Below are positions 21,053 to 31,828 of a stretch of DNA of 64,000 bases, piece by piece; the stretch's first letter is position 1, and the number at the start of each line of letters is the position of its first letter. The translations under genes were made by a program, and so were the position numbers. A model generated the notes under the pieces. That model made no database searches. It was not told the origin of the DNA and saw nothing but the letters and a program-made list of their open reading frames with translations. The stretch is taken from NCBI GenBank assembly GCA_051002895.1, contig JBPCLW010000029.1, positions 1,234-65,233 on the forward strand, given 5' to 3'. This DNA comes from Candidatus Dormibacteria bacterium. GTDB lineage: Bacteria > Chloroflexota > Dormibacteria > Aeolococcales > Aeolococcaceae.

Positions 21053-22678
21053 ATGTCCCAGACCGCACCCCGACCCACCAAGCGGAGCGCTCCGCGAATC
21101 CCCGAGGACACGCTTGGTGGCCTTCCACTGAAGCCCACCTATGGCCCCGAGGACAGCGCCCAGCGGGAACCCGCCAGGGTCGGAGCTCCCGGCGAGTACC
21201 CGTACACCCGCGGCATCCACGAGACCATGTACCGCGACAAGGTGTGGACGATGCGCCAGTTCGCCGGTTTCGGCAGCGCCGAGGACACGAATCAGCGCTA
21301 CCGATTCCTCCTTGCTCAGGGTCAGACCGGCCTCTCCGTCGCGTTCGACATGCCCACCCTGATGGGTCATGACTCCGACGCGCCCCACTCGCTCGGCGAA
21401 GTTGGTCGCTGCGGCGTCGCCATCGACACCGTCGAGGACATGAGCACGCTTTTCGCGGGTATCGATCTCGGCGTGGTCACCACCTCGATGACCATCAACT
21501 CTCCGGCTGCCATCGTGTTTGCCCAATACCTCGCAGTCGCGGAGGAGCAGGGGGTCGATTTCTCCCGTCTCGGTGGCACTCTCCAGAACGACATCCTCAA
21601 GGAATACGTCGCTCAGAAGGAGTTCATCTTTCCCATCGAACCATCGATGCGTCTGGTCAGCGATGTCGTCGTCTTCTGCGCGCAACACGTGCCCCGCTGG
21701 CATCCTATCTCGGTCAGCGGATATCACATCCGCGAGGCGGGCTCAACCGCGGCGCAGGAGCTGGCCTTCACCCTCGCCGACGGATTCGCCTACGTCGAGG
21801 CCGGAATTCGTGCCGGGCTCGACGTTGATGACTTCGCACCGCGGCTCTCGTTCTTCTTCAATAGCCACATCGACTTCTTTGAGGAGATCGCCAAGTACCG
21901 TGCCGCCCGCCGCATCTGGGCGCGACGGATGCGCGAGAAGTACGGGGCCACGAGCGAACGGTCTCTCAAGCTCAAGTTTCACACCCAGACCGCGGGCTGC
22001 TCACTCACCGCCCACCAGATCGAAAACAACATCGCTCGCACCGCGTTCGAGGCGATGGCGGCGGTGCTTGGCGGTACCCAGTCGTTGCATACGAACTCCA
22101 TGGACGAGGTGCTCGCGCTGCCCACCGAGAAGGCGGCACAGATCGCGCTACGGACCCAGCAGATTCTCGCCTACGAAACGGGCACGCCGAGCGTCGTCGA
22201 CCCCCTGGCGGGCAGCTACTTCGTCGAAGACCTCACCGATCGCATGGAGCAGGCCGCCGAGGACTACTTCACCGAGATCGAGCAGAGGGGCGGGATGCTC
22301 GCCGCCATCGCCGACGGCTTTCCTCAGCGTGAGATCGCCGACGCCGCCTTCCGCTACCAGACGCAGCTCGACTCCGGTGAGCGCGTCATCGTTGGTATCA
22401 ATGCCTTCTCCGAGATTGCCGAGGGAGCGGCTCCGGAGATTCTCGTCATCGATCCGCAGGTGGAGCACCAGCAAGCCCTACGCCTCAAGGATGTGCGTGA
22501 GCGCCGCGACAACGGTTCGGTGGCAACGCGCCTCGACGAGTTGCGCGTTGTGGCCGCCGGCAGCGACAACATCATCCCTGCCATCCTCGACGGTGTCCGG
22601 GCGCGGGCCACCGAGGGTGAGATCATCGGTGCTCTGCGCGACGTATTTGGTGTTCACCGGGAGACGCCAGCCTTTTGA
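21053..22678 (+). CDS. Methylmalonyl-CoA mutase family large-subunit catalytic domain protein (no B12-binding domain; IcmA/McmA-like)
   Basis: 541 aa, complete substrate-binding TIM-barrel domain (YPYTRGIH, RQFAGFGSAEDTN, TTSMTIN, SGYHIREAG). Ends ...RDVFGVHRETPAF with no C-terminal cobalamin domain. Roughly 55-60% identical by eye to the partial paralog at 1..1342. Confidence 0.9.
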   Translation: MSQTAPRPTKRSAPRIPEDTLGGLPLKPTYGPEDSAQREPARVGAPGEYPYTRGIHETMYRDKVWTMRQFAGFGSAEDTNQRYRFLLAQGQTGLSVAFDMPTLMGHDSDAPHSLGEVGRCGVAIDTVEDMSTLFAGIDLGVVTTSMTINSPAAIVFAQYLAVAEEQGVDFSRLGGTLQNDILKEYVAQKEFIFPIEPSMRLVSDVVVFCAQHVPRWHPISVSGYHIREAGSTAAQELAFTLADGFAYVEAGIRAGLDVDDFAPRLSFFFNSHIDFFEEIAKYRAARRIWARRMREKYGATSERSLKLKFHTQTAGCSLTAHQIENNIARTAFEAMAAVLGGTQSLHTNSMDEVLALPTEKAAQIALRTQQILAYETGTPSVVDPLAGSYFVEDLTDRMEQAAEDYFTEIEQRGGMLAAIADGFPQREIADAAFRYQTQLDSGERVIVGINAFSEIAEGAAPEILVIDPQVEHQQALRLKDVRERRDNGSVATRLDELRVVAAGSDNIIPAILDGVRARATEGEIIGALRDVFGVHRETPAF

Positions 22679-22984
22679 CTCCTGTGGCGCGGGCGGCGTG
22701 GATTCTCAACCGCCGTGGGAAGGAATCACCGTGTTGACCCCTTGGCGGCGTTGGGCCGTGGGCCAGGCCCCAGATCATGCTGCGGTACCGGACGCCAATG
22801 GTCCACCGACCCAGCAAGTCATTCCTCGACGGACAGCCACCCGGACAATGGCGCGCGGAGACGACTGCCTCGTCCACGCTGGTAGAGTTGGGCCTCGAAG
22901 GATCCACTTCAAGCAGGTTCTGTGAGGCCGCAAGGGGATCGCGCATCCGCGTGGCCCCTGACGGCTGGGAACCGAAGGAGGTGC

Positions 22985-23914
22985 ATGGCGGCGCTGACGG
23001 GCCATCGGCCGATGGAGCATGTCCTCTCCAGCGAGCAGTTCGACCGCGATGCCCTGGACGGCATCCTGCGTCGGGCCGCCGAACTCGCCGATGTTCGCGA
23101 CACACGCTTGGCCGGTCGGATCATGGCGGCGCTCTTCTACGAACCCTCGACGCGGACGCGCCTTTCCTTCGAAAGCGCCATGCTCCGCTTGGGGGGCGCC
23201 GTCATGGGTACGGAGGCCGCACACGAGTTCTCCAGTGCCATCAAAGGCGAAACCCTTGAAGACACCATTCGTATGGTTTCCTCGTACGCCGACGTCATCG
23301 TGCTCCGCCACGACCAGGCCGGAGCAGCGGCGCGGGCCGCCGCAGTGTCCTCTGTTCCGGTGCTGAATGGCGGAGACGGCCCTGGTGAGCATCCCACCCA
23401 GGCGCTGCTCGACCTCTACACGCTGCAAGCAGAGCTGGGCCGCATTGACGGGCTCCATGTTGCCCTCTGCGGCGATCTGCGATTCGGCCGCACCGCACGC
23501 TCCTTGGCTATTCTGCTCACTCGCTACCACGACGTGCGGGTAACGTTCGTCGCGCCGCAGGTGGCGCAGATAGGCACTGACATCCGCGAGCGTCTCGATC
23601 GGGCCGGCATTCCTCACATGCTCACCGACCGGCTCGACGATGTCGTGGCGGGTGTCGATGTCGTGTACCAGACGCGTATCCAGAAAGAGCGCTTCACCGA
23701 CACAGCGGAGTTTGAGGCAGCCCGTCACAGCACCCGCATCGACCCGGCGATGATGCAACTCCTTCCCGCGCACGCCATCGTCATGCATCCCTTGCCCCGC
23801 GTTGACGAGATCTCCCCGGAGGTCGACGCCGATCGACGTGCGGCGTACTTCCGCCAGGCCGCCAACGGCGTCGCGGTCCGCATGGCCCTGCTCGATATGG
23901 TGGTTCCCCGATGA
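22985..23914 (+). CDS. pyrB: Aspartate carbamoyltransferase catalytic subunit
   Basis: ATCase motifs STRTR, HPTQALLDL, HPLP. GAAGGAGG lies just upstream. Start ATG 22985 is 3 nt from the SD; alternative ATG at 23012. Confidence 0.85.
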   Translation: MAALTGHRPMEHVLSSEQFDRDALDGILRRAAELADVRDTRLAGRIMAALFYEPSTRTRLSFESAMLRLGGAVMGTEAAHEFSSAIKGETLEDTIRMVSSYADVIVLRHDQAGAAARAAAVSSVPVLNGGDGPGEHPTQALLDLYTLQAELGRIDGLHVALCGDLRFGRTARSLAILLTRYHDVRVTFVAPQVAQIGTDIRERLDRAGIPHMLTDRLDDVVAGVDVVYQTRIQKERFTDTAEFEAARHSTRIDPAMMQLLPAHAIVMHPLPRVDEISPEVDADRRAAYFRQAANGVAVRMALLDMVVPR

Positions 23915-24489
23915 CAGTGCAGGGTGGTGTCCCCACCACCCTGGTGATGGACGGTGAGACCGCGGCTCGGACGCTTCGTCGTCTCGCCCACGAGATCGTG
24001 GAGCGCCATCCCCAGACGGATGACCTCGTTCTGGTGGCAGTGCGTGGTGGCGGCGTGCCCATCGCCCGCGCTCTAGCCGACGCACTCGCGCGGCTCGGGC
24101 ATCCGGCGCTCCGTTGCGCGCTGCTCGATGTGCGCGACTACCGCGATGACATTCCCCGTCCGACCCAGCCTGACGGCAACGCCCTCACCGGGCTCGACGG
24201 TGACGGTGCAGCGGCACCCCTCATTGGCGGCGCCGCTGTCATCCTCGTCGATGACGTCGTTCAGACCGGGCGAACCCTGCGCGCCGCACTCGACTGCCTC
24301 TCCGCATGGGGACGTCCGGCGACAGTGGAGCCGTGCGTCCTCATCGACCGCGGGCAGCGCGAACTCCCCATCCGGCCGAGCTTCGTCGGCAAGAATATTC
24401 CCGCGGCTGCAGACGACTGGGTGCAGGTGATGCTCGATGTCGGCACCGCGGCCGAGGCCCCCGGCGTCTTCCTGGTGAAGCGGACATGA
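23911..24489 (+). CDS. pyrR: Bifunctional pyrimidine operon regulatory protein / uracil phosphoribosyltransferase PyrR
   Basis: 192 aa. PRTase motif VILVDDVVQTGRTLRAALD and PyrR N-terminal region LVAVRGGGVPIARALAD. ATGA-type overlap with pyrB and pyrC. Confidence 0.8.
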   Translation: MTVQGGVPTTLVMDGETAARTLRRLAHEIVERHPQTDDLVLVAVRGGGVPIARALADALARLGHPALRCALLDVRDYRDDIPRPTQPDGNALTGLDGDGAAAPLIGGAAVILVDDVVQTGRTLRAALDCLSAWGRPATVEPCVLIDRGQRELPIRPSFVGKNIPAAADDWVQVMLDVGTAAEAPGVFLVKRT

Positions 24490-25841
24490 ACTGCATCCTC
24501 CGCGGGGTACGCGTCATCGACCCGTTGGCGGGGCGCGATGACATCAACCAGGACGTGTGGCTGACCGAGGGCCGGATCATCGCCATCTTCAAGTACATGG
24601 GTGACAGCACCGTGCCGGTGATCGATCTCACGCCGCCGCCCGGGGGCACGCCAACCATCCTGTGCCCCGGCTTCATCGACCTGCACACACATCTGCGAGA
24701 ACCCGGCGACGAGGGAGCAGAGACCCTCGCCAGTGGATCGCGCGCCGCTGCCGCCGGCGGTTTCGCCCAGGTGGTGGCGATGGCCAACACGGATCCCCCG
24801 ATCGACGATGTCGATGGGGTGACGAAGGCGTGCGTTCGCTCGGTGGCGGCGAGCATCCGGGTGCGGGTGGCGGCGGCACTCACGCGTGGCCTCGAGGGCG
24901 ACGAACTCGTCGACCTCGAGGCCTGCGCCGAGGCCGGCGCGGTCGCCTTCACCGACGATGGCCGCAACGCGGTGTCGCAACGGTTGCTCAGCGAGGCGAT
25001 TCGCCGCGCCGCGCGATTGCACAGACCCATCCTCGTCCATCCCGAGGATGAGGAGTACATCGGCCGCATCAACGGCGCTCATGGCCTCACCGCGCGGTGT
25101 CCCGTGCGGCCCGTGGAGGCGGAGACCAGAGCAGTGGCGCTCGCCCTGCGCGCCCTGCATGATGCGGGCACGGGTCGACTCCATCTCCAGCACATCAGCT
25201 CCGCGCCCAGTATCGACCTCATCCGCGAGGCGCGCGCCGACGGAGTCGAGGTCACCGCGGAAGTGACTCCACACCACCTGGCGATGTGGCTGCCGGTGGC
25301 GGAGGAGCCGGAGTCGGCGGCGTTGCTGAAGGTGAATCCCCCGCTCCGCGGCCAGCGGGACCGTGCCGCGCTCATTCAGGCCCTTCGCGACGGCGTCGTC
25401 GACGCCGTTGCCACCGACCATGCGCCGCATCGCGCCGAGGAGAAGGCATTGCCGTACGCTGAGGCGGCGCCGGGGATGCTTGGCCTCGAGCTTGCGCTGG
25501 CCGTCTGTCTCACCATGGGTGGCATGGGTGGAGACTGGATCCCCACCCTGGTGGAGCGGCTCACTGCGGGTCCGTACCGCGTGCTCGGCGGAGCGACCTC
25601 CCTGCTCAGCGAGCCGCGCCTGGTCATCGGCGAGGCGGCGACGTGCGTCCTCTTCGACCCCGGCGCAGAGTGGACGGTGGGGAGCGAGGACCTGCGCAGC
25701 AACTCGCACAACACACCGCTGCTGGGCATCACCCTGCGGGGGAGGGTGCTCATGACCCTCGTCGAGGGTGCTCTCGTGCATCACGACCGGCGACGCTTGC
25801 CCTGGCCGCTGCCAACCCCCACGGAGCCCATGCGTGCCTGA
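24486..25841 (+). CDS. pyrC: Dihydroorotase
   Basis: From ATG 24486 (overlaps the pyrR stop): [13 protein letters not shown]..., metal-binding HTHLR and DHAPH motifs. 451 aa. Confidence 0.85.
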   Translation: MNCILRGVRVIDPLAGRDDINQDVWLTEGRIIAIFKYMGDSTVPVIDLTPPPGGTPTILCPGFIDLHTHLREPGDEGAETLASGSRAAAAGGFAQVVAMANTDPPIDDVDGVTKACVRSVAASIRVRVAAALTRGLEGDELVDLEACAEAGAVAFTDDGRNAVSQRLLSEAIRRAARLHRPILVHPEDEEYIGRINGAHGLTARCPVRPVEAETRAVALALRALHDAGTGRLHLQHISSAPSIDLIREARADGVEVTAEVTPHHLAMWLPVAEEPESAALLKVNPPLRGQRDRAALIQALRDGVVDAVATDHAPHRAEEKALPYAEAAPGMLGLELALAVCLTMGGMGGDWIPTLVERLTAGPYRVLGGATSLLSEPRLVIGEAATCVLFDPGAEWTVGSEDLRSNSHNTPLLGITLRGRVLMTLVEGALVHHDRRRLPWPLPTPTEPMRA

Positions 25842-28800
25842 GCGGGGGCGCCTCGCCCTGGAGTCCGGTGCCATCTTCGAGGGCATCCTCTTTGGCGCGC
25901 CGCTTCTCGAATCGCGAAGCGGCGAGGTCGTCTTCAACACCTGCATGACGGGATATCAGGAGGTCTGCAGCGATCCCTCGTACGCCGGGCAGATGGTGGT
26001 GATGACCCATCCGCTGATGGGGAACTACGGCATTCGCGACGCTTTCGCAGAGTCACCGCGACTGCACGCGAGGGCGCTGGTCATCCGCGAGCTCTCGCCG
26101 TGTGTCGGCCACGGCCGCGCCGATCGCAGCCTCGATGAGGAACTGAGCCGCCATAACGTGCCGGGGATCAGCGGCGTCGACACTCGCGCTCTCACCCGGC
26201 ATCTCCGAGACCGGGGAACCCTGCGGGGAATCCTTTCCCCGGCAACGCGCTTGGGGGTGGCCGAACAGGTCGAGGCCGCCCGATCCGCGCCCTGGGTTCC
26301 CGATCTCGATCTGGTGGCCGAGACCTCCCAGACTGAGGCGTCCCTGGAGTGGACCGAGCGACTGCCCGAGGAACTCGAGGTTGGAGTTCGGGCGGCCGGC
26401 GGTCTCGACCGTTTTGCCGGCATTCGTGTCGTTGCGGTTGATCTCGGCATCAAGCGCAACCAGCTGCGCGCGCTCCGCAGTCGAGGAGCCGACATCACTG
26501 TGGTCCGCCACGACGCGTCTCTCGAGGATGTTTTGCGCCACCGGCCCCAGGGCGTCCTCCTCAGTAACGGTCCCGGAGACCCCGCCAACCTCATCTGCCA
26601 GGTTGAGCTCTGCCGGAAACTGCTGGAGAAACGGGTCCCGCTGCTCGGTATCTGTCTCGGCCATCAGGTGCTCGGTCGGTCCGCCGAGGCATCGACCTCG
26701 CGGCTGCCCTTTGGACATCACGGTGGCAACCATCCGGTGCGTGACGAGACCAGCGGCGCTGTCTATGTGACCTCGCAGAATCACGAGTTCCAGGTGATCG
26801 CCGATACACTTGGCCAGGGGTGGCGGGTGAGCGAGCGCAATCTCAACGACGGGAGTGTCGAGGGGTTGGCCCACGATGAGTTGCCCGCTTTCAGTGTGCA
26901 GTACCATCCCGAGGGCGCTCCCGGACCACAGGATCGTGCCGGCGTCTTCGACCGCTTCCTGGAGATGGCCGGGGAACACCGCCCCGGCGCCGTGCATCTG
27001 CGATCGCCAATCGGCGACGCCATGCCCCACCGCGGGCTGGTGGCGCCGCCCACGGCAGTGGGGGAGAAGCCGCACTGCGTACTCGTCATCGGCTCCGGGC
27101 CGGTGGTCATCGGCCAGGCTGCGGAATTCGATTACGCCGGTACCCAGGCCTGCCGAGCGCTCCGCGAGGAGGGCGTCCGAGTGGTCCTCGTCAACAGCAA
27201 CCCGGCCACGATCATGACCGACGACGATTCGGCCGATGCAGTCTACGTCGAGCCGCTCACGGTTGCGGTGGTGGAGCGCATCATCGAGATGGAGAAACCC
27301 GACGGTCTTCTCGCCACTCTCGGTGGCCAGACCGGGCTCAATCTTGCGGTGGCGCTCGACGACGCCGGAGCGTTGCGCCGTCATGGCGTTCGCGTTCTCG
27401 GGAGCTCACTGGAGGCGATTCGCACTGCCGAGGATCGCGAGAAGTTCAAGAAGCTGCTGCGCTCCATCGGTGAGCCCGTGCCCGATTCGCGGACCGTCAG
27501 TTCGCCGGCTGAGGCTCGCATCTTTCTCGCCGAGATTGGCCTGCCGCTCGTGGTCCGCCCCGCCTTCACTTTGGGAGGCACCGGCGGAGGTCTCTGCGAC
27601 ACCGAGGAGCAGTTCGTCGACACCGTGGCGGCGGGGTTGGCGGCGTCGCCGATCAGCCAGGTACTCGTCGAGCGTTCTCTGACGGGGTGGCGCGAACTCG
27701 AGTACGAGGTAATGCGTGACGCGTCTGGGACGTGCATCACCGTCTGCAACATGGAGAACCTCGACCCCATGGGCGTGCACACGGGGGATTCCATCGTGGT
27801 GGCGCCGGCCCAGACACTGACCGACCGCGAGCATCAGCAGTTGCGCAGCGCCGCTCTGCGCATCATCAGTGCCCTGGAGATCGCCGGTGGCTGCAATGTG
27901 CAGTTCGCCATGGCTCCAGACTCGCACGAGTACCACGTCATCGAGGTCAACCCGCGGGTATCACGAAGTTCAGCGCTGGCGAGCAAGGCAACGGGATACC
28001 CCATTGCCCGGGCCGCCGCGAAGATCGCCTGTGGCAAGCGTCTCGATGAGATCAGCAACGCGGTGACCGGCAAGACGTGCCTCGCCTTCGAGCCGGCGCT
28101 TGACTACTGCGTGGTGAAGATTCCCCGCTGGCCATTCGACAAGTTCCCCGACGCCGATCGTCGGCTGGGCACGCAGATGAAGTCGACCGGAGAGGTCATG
28201 GCCATCGAGCGGAGTTTCCCAGCAGCCCTCAGCAAGGCTCTCCGCTCCCTGGAACAGGCGCCGCCCACTGCGGCGGAGGTCCAGGACCCCGTGCTCGTCC
28301 AGAACCCCAATGACCGCCGCATCTTTGCGGTCATGGAAGGGTTGCGCTCGGGCCGGACGCCCGAGGACGTCAGCCGCGCCAGTGGGATCGGTGTCTGGTT
28401 CACTGAGCACATCGCCCGCCTTGTCGCCATTGAGGAGCGGCTCCGCCGGCATGGTGTCGATGACGCGACGCTGCGGACTGCAAAGCGTGCCGGTCTCGCT
28501 GATCGCCGCATTGCTCGGCTCGCCGACACGCCGGCCGCTGCGATTACCGAGCAACGTCAGCGCATCGGTCTGTCGCCCACCTTCAAGTGTGTCGATACGT
28601 GTGCCGCAGAATTCGTCGCCGCCACTCCGTACTATTACTCCACCTTCGAGACCGAGGACGAGCGTGTCGGCGCTGGGGATGACACTGTCGTTGTCCTCGG
28701 CAGCGGACCCATTCGCATCGGCCAGGGGATCGAGTTCGATTACTGCTCAGTGCAGGCGGCCCAGTCGCTGCGCCAGCAGGGCGTGGCTGCGGTCATGGTG

Positions 28801-30375
28801 AACAGCAATCCTGAGACCGTCTCCACTGACTTCGACTGCAGCACCCGCCTCTACTTCGAACCGCTTGACGCTGAGTCCGTTCTCGCCGTTATCGAGGCCG
28901 AGAGAGCGACCGGTGCTGTCGTCCAATTCGGCGGCCAGACCGCCATCAACCTGGCCCGACCCCTTGCCGATGCCGGTGTGAACATTCTCGGCAGCAGCGT
29001 TGCAACCATCGAGGCGGCGGAGGACCGCCGGCTGTTCGAGGCTCAGATGCGTGCTCTCCAGATCCCCCAGCCGCGGGGCGCGGCAACGCTCGACCTCGAC
29101 GAGGCCACCGAAATCGCTGATCGCATCGGATATCCGGTGCTGGTGCGGCCGTCGTTCGTGCTCGGCGGTCGCGCCATGGAAGTGGTGAACAGCCGCGGCC
29201 AACTGCGCCGTTTTCTCGAGCTGGCCATGGCGGCGCTGCCCGAGGACGGTGATGGTCGCCGCGGCAACGTGCTCATTGATCAGTACCTCCTGGGCACCGA
29301 GGTTGACGTCGATTGCATCAGCGATGCCGACACCGTTGTCATTCCTGGCCTCATGGAGCATGTCGAGCGCGCCGGAGTGCATAGCGGCGATTCCATGGCA
29401 GCATACCCGGCGCCTAACCTCAGTGGCGGACTGCGCGCCGAGATCGTTGATGCGACGGTGAGCATTGCTCGGGCCATGAAGATTCGCGGGCTTTGCAACA
29501 TCCAGTTCGTGGTCTGGCGCGGCCGTGCCCATGTCATCGAAGTGAATCCCCGCGCTTCTCGGACGGTGCCCTTCCTCAGCAAGGTGACGGGGGTGCCCAT
29601 GGTGGGTTTGGCGACGCAGGTCATGCGTGGCGCGATGCTCGCCGATCTCGGCTGGGAAACGGGACTGGTCCCCGACCGTCCCCTTGTCGCCGTCAAAGCC
29701 CCTGTGTTCTCCACGGGGAAGCTCACCCTGGTGGACAGCGTGCTGGGCCCCGAGATGAAGTCCACCGGCGAGGTGATGGGGATCGACACCGACCTTGGCG
29801 CTGCCATTGAGAAGGCGTTCCTCGCGGCTCTCGGGGTCATGCCGACGAGTGGCGCCGTGCTCTGTAGCGTTGCCGACCCTGACAAAGCGGACGCCCTGCC
29901 GGTCCTCGCTCAACTCGCCGAACTCGGCTTCGACATCTACGCCACGGCGGGAACCGCCCAGGCGCTGGGCGTGGCCGGCATCAGTGCGATCCCGGTTGGT
30001 CGCATCGGGCACGGCCGCCCCAACGTCATCGACATCATCGAGGAGGGCCGGGTCTCGATCGTCGTCAACACAGTGTCGCATTTCGAAACTGATGAGTTGC
30101 ACTTCGACGAGCATGGTGGCCTCATCGCTGCAGCCGGGCGCACGGTGAAGGATGGCTACCGTATTCGCCTCGCCGCCGAGCGCCGTCGCATTCCCTGCTG
30201 CACATCGATGGACACCGCGAGAGCGCTCGTCGATGCCATGGTGCGACAGCACCGACAGATGGCGCGTCAGCACGGAGCGGTTGAGGTGAGTGTCGCTCCG
30301 GTGAAGGCGTACCGGGAGGGCGCGGTTCCGGTCAGTCGAGCACACCCAGCCAGTCGCCGAGTAGAGCGCGGTTGA
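25834..30375 (+). CDS. carAB: Carbamoyl-phosphate synthase, small (glutamine amidotransferase) and large (synthetase) subunits encoded as one continuous reading frame (apparent CarA-CarB fusion)
   Basis: A single 1535-codon ORF. Residues 1-400 or so are CarA ([23 protein letters not shown]). Then, with no intervening stop, CarB follows (MPHRGL...[21 protein letters not shown], two ATP-grasp repeats, MGS-like C-terminus). Start placed at in-frame GTG 25834 overlapping the pyrC stop (GTGCCTGA). ATG 25768 is an alternative. Confidence 0.75.
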   Translation: MPERGRLALESGAIFEGILFGAPLLESRSGEVVFNTCMTGYQEVCSDPSYAGQMVVMTHPLMGNYGIRDAFAESPRLHARALVIRELSPCVGHGRADRSLDEELSRHNVPGISGVDTRALTRHLRDRGTLRGILSPATRLGVAEQVEAARSAPWVPDLDLVAETSQTEASLEWTERLPEELEVGVRAAGGLDRFAGIRVVAVDLGIKRNQLRALRSRGADITVVRHDASLEDVLRHRPQGVLLSNGPGDPANLICQVELCRKLLEKRVPLLGICLGHQVLGRSAEASTSRLPFGHHGGNHPVRDETSGAVYVTSQNHEFQVIADTLGQGWRVSERNLNDGSVEGLAHDELPAFSVQYHPEGAPGPQDRAGVFDRFLEMAGEHRPGAVHLRSPIGDAMPHRGLVAPPTAVGEKPHCVLVIGSGPVVIGQAAEFDYAGTQACRALREEGVRVVLVNSNPATIMTDDDSADAVYVEPLTVAVVERIIEMEKPDGLLATLGGQTGLNLAVALDDAGALRRHGVRVLGSSLEAIRTAEDREKFKKLLRSIGEPVPDSRTVSSPAEARIFLAEIGLPLVVRPAFTLGGTGGGLCDTEEQFVDTVAAGLAASPISQVLVERSLTGWRELEYEVMRDASGTCITVCNMENLDPMGVHTGDSIVVAPAQTLTDREHQQLRSAALRIISALEIAGGCNVQFAMAPDSHEYHVIEVNPRVSRSSALASKATGYPIARAAAKIACGKRLDEISNAVTGKTCLAFEPALDYCVVKIPRWPFDKFPDADRRLGTQMKSTGEVMAIERSFPAALSKALRSLEQAPPTAAEVQDPVLVQNPNDRRIFAVMEGLRSGRTPEDVSRASGIGVWFTEHIARLVAIEERLRRHGVDDATLRTAKRAGLADRRIARLADTPAAAITEQRQRIGLSPTFKCVDTCAAEFVAATPYYYSTFETEDERVGAGDDTVVVLGSGPIRIGQGIEFDYCSVQAAQSLRQQGVAAVMVNSNPETVSTDFDCSTRLYFEPLDAESVLAVIEAERATGAVVQFGGQTAINLARPLADAGVNILGSSVATIEAAEDRRLFEAQMRALQIPQPRGAATLDLDEATEIADRIGYPVLVRPSFVLGGRAMEVVNSRGQLRRFLELAMAALPEDGDGRRGNVLIDQYLLGTEVDVDCISDADTVVIPGLMEHVERAGVHSGDSMAAYPAPNLSGGLRAEIVDATVSIARAMKIRGLCNIQFVVWRGRAHVIEVNPRASRTVPFLSKVTGVPMVGLATQVMRGAMLADLGWETGLVPDRPLVAVKAPVFSTGKLTLVDSVLGPEMKSTGEVMGIDTDLGAAIEKAFLAALGVMPTSGAVLCSVADPDKADALPVLAQLAELGFDIYATAGTAQALGVAGISAIPVGRIGHGRPNVIDIIEEGRVSIVVNTVSHFETDELHFDEHGGLIAAAGRTVKDGYRIRLAAERRRIPCCTSMDTARALVDAMVRQHRQMARQHGAVEVSVAPVKAYREGAVPVSRAHPASRRVERG

Positions 30376-31387
30376 GGTGTCGCACCACGGCGGGACCTTC
30401 GTAGATGAAGGCGGTGTAGAGCTGCATTAGGTCGGCACCGGCGGCCAGGGTCCGGCGCGCGTCCTCGGGCGTGGCGATCCCGCCGACGCCGATGAGCGGT
30501 AACCGTCCCCGCAGTGCCGCTGAAACTACTTCGATGGTCCGCAACGAGCGGAATTGCAATGCGCTGCCGCTGACCCCGCCGCGCCCGAGGATGTCGTCAC
30601 CAAGCAGCTCCCGGCGGGCGACGCTCGTGTTGGTTGCGATGATCCCCGCGGCTCCTGCGTCGACGCAGGCGTCGACCAGTTCGCTGACGCGCCCGGCGTC
30701 CGGGGAGAGCTTGACGAGAAGCGGGGTGGTGTGGGTGGTGCTGTCGAGGTGGCGCAGCGTTTCGCGCATGCCGCGCACCAGGAAGCTGAGCTCCCGGGCC
30801 TGCTCGAGCGAGCGTAGACCCGGCGTGTTCGGGGAGCTGACGTTGACGGCGACGTAGTCGGCGTGGGGATGGATGACGCGCAGTGATGCTCTGCAGTCGG
30901 CGAGCGTGTCCGCCAACGGCGTCACCCTGGACTTGGAGATGTTCCAGCCCACGGGCACGTTAGCGGCCGGTGACGCCGCGGCGTGGGCGGCAGCAGCGCT
31001 GGCACCCCGGTTGGGAAAGCCCATGGCGTTGACGATGGACCGCTGCGGGGGGAATCGCCAAATCCGGGGACGCGGATGGCCCGGCTGAGAATGCCAGGTG
31101 ACGGTTCCCGCTTCGATGAATCCAAAGCCGAAGGCGGCCAATGCACCGGTGGCGAGACCGTTCTTGTCGAACCCCGCGGCAAGCCCCACCGGGCTGCGGA
31201 ACTTGAGCCCCCAAAACTCGCGGTGGCCGTGCAGGTCAGAGGCCCCGCTCCAACGCTCGATGAAGCGCAGGAGAATCGGGCGTCCCGATGCTCGCACGAG
31301 CTGAGCCACGACCAGCTCGTGGGCGATCTCGGGGTCACGACGCGAGAGCGCGAAGAGAACCGGCCGCATGAGCCGCGGATAGAGCAT
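30332..31387 (-). CDS. pyrD: Dihydroorotate dehydrogenase (quinone), class 2
   Basis: 351 aa. Class 2 DHODH membrane-associated N-terminal extension and conserved motifs (GFDKNG, VNVSSPNTPGLR, IGVGGI). 3' end overlaps the carAB 3' end by 44 nt (convergent). Confidence 0.85.
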   Translation of the reverse strand: MLYPRLMRPVLFALSRRDPEIAHELVVAQLVRASGRPILLRFIERWSGASDLHGHREFWGLKFRSPVGLAAGFDKNGLATGALAAFGFGFIEAGTVTWHSQPGHPRPRIWRFPPQRSIVNAMGFPNRGASAAAAHAAASPAANVPVGWNISKSRVTPLADTLADCRASLRVIHPHADYVAVNVSSPNTPGLRSLEQARELSFLVRGMRETLRHLDSTTHTTPLLVKLSPDAGRVSELVDACVDAGAAGIIATNTSVARRELLGDDILGRGGVSGSALQFRSLRTIEVVSAALRGRLPLIGVGGIATPEDARRTLAAGADLMQLYTAFIYEGPAVVRHLNRALLGDWLGVLD

Positions 31388-31485
31388 GGAGAGCCATGCT
31401 AGCGGCCGGTAGGTTCTTGTTCGACCGTGGGGACGTCAGGACGACGGGCTGGGCAGCGGCTTGGACCGCATGCGAGAATCGGCTG

Positions 31486-31722
31486 ATGCTGCTCTGGGCC
31501 ATTGGACTTGTCGTGCTGCTTGCGCTGCTCGCAGGTGCGGAGCGGTATTCGTCCACCACCTGGAGGGCCGGGGATCATCGGGCGCTTGTCGACTGCTCCC
31601 GCTGTGAGGTGCGCTATCCGCGGACGATGATCGTTGGATCGATCCCGCGCTGTCCGGAGGGCCATGTTCTGCGAGTACCTCGGCCGCACTCCTCCGAACC
31701 CGAACCGCCGACGCCCCTGTAG
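31486..31722 (+). CDS. Hypothetical small membrane protein with C-terminal CxxC...CPxxH cluster (dubious)
   Basis: ORF only (internal Met MLLWAIGLVVLLALLAG). Its stop codon TAG falls inside the predicted tRNA-Lys (positions 8-10 of the tRNA), which argues against it being real. Confidence 0.15.
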   Translation: MLLWAIGLVVLLALLAGAERYSSTTWRAGDHRALVDCSRCEVRYPRTMIVGSIPRCPEGHVLRVPRPHSSEPEPPTPL

Positions 31723-31786
31723 CTCAACGGCAGAGCAGCCGGCTTTTAACCGGTTGATGCGGGTTCGATTCCTGCCAGGGGCACAC
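31713..31786 (+). tRNA. tRNA-Lys (anticodon UUU)
   Basis: Hand-folded. Acceptor stem GCCCCTG/CAGGGGC (7 bp, perfect); D-arm GCTC-AACGGCA-GAGC; anticodon stem GCCGG/CCGGT with loop CTTTTAA (U33, anticodon TTT, A37); 4-nt variable region; T-arm GCGGG-TTCGATT-CCTGC; discriminator A. CCA is not encoded. Confidence 0.75.
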
Positions 31787-31828
31787 GGGCGATGACACAG
31801 CGTCGCCTGATCGCCCACCATTCCGCTG

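Noticed and set aside
22680-22984. PyrR-binding anti-antiterminator loop upstream of pyrB
   Set aside because: No convincing match to the conserved loop was found. Only a generic GC hairpin next to the SD could be reported.
22775-24085. 436-aa minus-strand ORF
   Set aside because: Antisense to pyrB/pyrR. Arg/Gly/Ala-rich, no motifs. Shadow ORF.
26053-30345. Two long minus-strand ORFs (26053..27384 and 28747..30345)
   Set aside because: Both are antisense to the carAB coding sequence, which has unambiguous CarA/CarB motifs. Shadow ORFs.
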